DNA from: Gaiellaceae bacterium
GTDB taxonomy: Bacteria > Actinomycetota > Thermoleophilia > Gaiellales > Gaiellaceae
DNA: 64,000 bases
Assembly: GCA_036257855.1 (NCBI GenBank)
Contig: DATAET010000124.1
Coordinates: 4,087 to 68,086 of the forward strand
Reading direction: 5' to 3'
Below the pieces are notes generated by a model, which saw only the letters and a program-made list of their open reading frames with translations, did no database searches and was not told where the DNA came from. Shown here in pieces: positions 62,812 to 64,000 of this stretch (the stretch's first letter is position 1; each line of letters starts with the position of its first letter). The position numbers and the translations under genes were made by a program.

Positions 62812-64000
62812 GTGCACAACCTCGTCATGGCACAACTGTGGGACCTCGGGGTTCGCGGGACGGCCTACGACGTCGTCGCGGCGTGGAAGGAGGGCCTGCT
62901 GCTCCTCGCCCTCCTCGTCGTCGCGTGGCACGTACGGCATCGGCCTGCCGTGGTGGCGGCAGACGTCCTTGCGGCGACCTACGCCGTCATCGTCGTCGTC
63001 TATCTCGCGATCCCGCAGCACGTTCTCGACGGAGACGCGACCCGGCGTGGCGAGCTCCTCGCGCTCCGCCACCACCTCTTTCCCGTCGCGGCGTACGCCT
63101 TCGGCAGGCTCGCCTTCCTCGCCTGGGGCGAGCGCTGGCGGCTGGGCGGCCTCGTCGCCCTGTCCGCCCTCGTGGTCGCGGTCGTCGGGCTCGTCGACCT
63201 CGCGTTCGTCTCGCTCCAGGCCTGGCGTGACTCGGGAGTTCCGGGCTGGTACCGCGAGCAGCTCGGGCTCGACTACGAGGGACTTTCGGGCCTGCCCGAG
63301 AACTGGGTCTACAACACCGGGGACGAGCACAACCCCATCCGCCGGCTCGTCTCCACCTTCCTCTCCCCGCTCGCGAGCGCGTACGTCCTCGTCGTCGCGC
63401 TCGTCTACCTCGCGAGCCGCCCGCTCCGCTGGTGGTCCGTGCTGCTCGGGTTGCTGCTCTACGTCGCCCTCCTGTACACGCACACGCGCGCAGCGCTCGG
63501 AGCGCTGGCCCTCGGGCTCCTCGTGCTCGCGATCGCACAGCGCCGCCTGGCACCCGTCGTCGGCGCCGCCGGAGCCCTCGCGGTCGCGTCCCTGTTCCTC
63601 GTCGCCTACCCCACTCTCGGGCCGTCGACGAGCTACACGCAGAAGGAGCTCGAGTGGCTCCGCCAGAATGCGCAGGAGCACGGCGCCACAAGCGGTGACC
63701 CTTTCGCCGGCAACGAGTCGTCGACGGAGAGCCACCTCCGCAACCTGCGAGAGGGAGTGAGGGTCGTCGTCCGTCACCCGCAGGGCTACGGCCTCGGCAA
63801 TGCGGGCGTCGTCGCGAAGCGCACGGGCGTCGAGGTGCGTGCCGGCGAGTCGACCTACACGGAGCTCGGTGTCGATGTCGGCATTGCCGGCGCGGTCGCG
63901 TTCGTCCTCTGGAACCTCGCAGTGCTCGCCGGCCTCTGGCGACGGGAGGCGTGGCTCGCGGCAGCCTTCGTGACGGTCCTCGCGATCGGGCTGCAGACCG
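62812..64000 (+). CDS. O-antigen ligase/polymerase (Wzy_C)-like polytopic membrane protein, 3'-truncated by the window edge
   Basis: The frame is open from about 62640 to the window end, so it is not in the ORF track because there is no stop. It is multi-TM with LLYTHTRAALGALALGLLVL, which resembles the Wzy_C core. The first canonical start after the MTase stop is GTG 62812. The antisense 411-aa ORF 62542..63777 is D/E/R-rich artefact. Confidence 0.55.
   Translation, partial: MHNLVMAQLWDLGVRGTAYDVVAAWKEGLLLLALLVVAWHVRHRPAVVAADVLAATYAVIVVVYLAIPQHVLDGDATRRGELLALRHHLFPVAAYAFGRLAFLAWGERWRLGGLVALSALVVAVVGLVDLAFVSLQAWRDSGVPGWYREQLGLDYEGLSGLPENWVYNTGDEHNPIRRLVSTFLSPLASAYVLVVALVYLASRPLRWWSVLLGLLLYVALLYTHTRAALGALALGLLVLAIAQRRLAPVVGAAGALAVASLFLVAYPTLGPSTSYTQKELEWLRQNAQEHGATSGDPFAGNESSTESHLRNLREGVRVVVRHPQGYGLGNAGVVAKRTGVEVRAGESTYTELGVDVGIAGAVAFVLWNLAVLAGLWRREAWLAAAFVTVLAIGLQT

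Noticed and set aside
62542-63777. 411-aa minus-strand ORF.
   Set aside because: It is a D/E/R-rich mirror of a hydrophobic membrane protein encoded on the plus strand, which is the Wzy_C-like frame running to the window edge.
1-64000. CRISPR arrays, IS elements/transposases, integrases, prophage genes, rRNA/tRNA genes and recognisable multi-gene defence systems.
   Set aside because: I recognised none by eye. Repeats are limited to short hairpins and the two-copy module at 47.3/50.9 kb. A formal repeat finder and tRNAscan could still find small elements I missed.

Overview
This is a very GC-rich, gene-dense chromosomal segment with about 60 CDS on both strands. Third codon positions are almost always G/C, so long R/P/A-rich ORFs on the opposite strand or in other frames are artefacts. 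The gene content looks actinobacterial: HelD, an RsrA-type ZAS anti-sigma factor with an ECF sigma, a PAC2 protein, a CGNR zinc-finger protein and a DtxR/IdeR-type repressor. Operons are tightly packed, with 1-14 nt start/stop overlaps, and many genes look leaderless. Most of the window is housekeeping or metabolic. It includes aconitase, BolA/monothiol Grx, acs, nadE, proC, fadA/fadB, selD, ctaA, three base-excision glycosylases, a CoxSML-type molybdenum hydroxylase operon, peptidases and transporters. I saw no rRNA, tRNA, CRISPR array, transposase or integrase. The most unusual locus is 47.3-51.0 kb, the only long, less GC-rich, hairpin-dense spacer region. It holds an XRE-HTH/TPR regulator followed by an untracked 33-codon signal-peptide ORF preceded by GGAGG. 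It also holds a divergent ~175-nt candidate sRNA with a near-consensus TTGACT-N17-TATAGT promoter and an intrinsic terminator. Two direct copies of a ~90-nt tandem-hairpin module bracket this block. Other items worth a look are an aconitase ORF with an in-frame 292-aa N-terminal extension and a DtxR-controlled cupredoxin(MCO/NirK-like)-ZIP pair. There is also a CGNR / double-FtsX / double-NBD / HMA operon, a Nudix gene broken by one extra base, an orphan selD coupled to ctaA, and divergent start codons that physically overlap. All family assignments come from motif recognition by eye and memory. No searches were run, and start codons that differ from the ORF track are my own choices.
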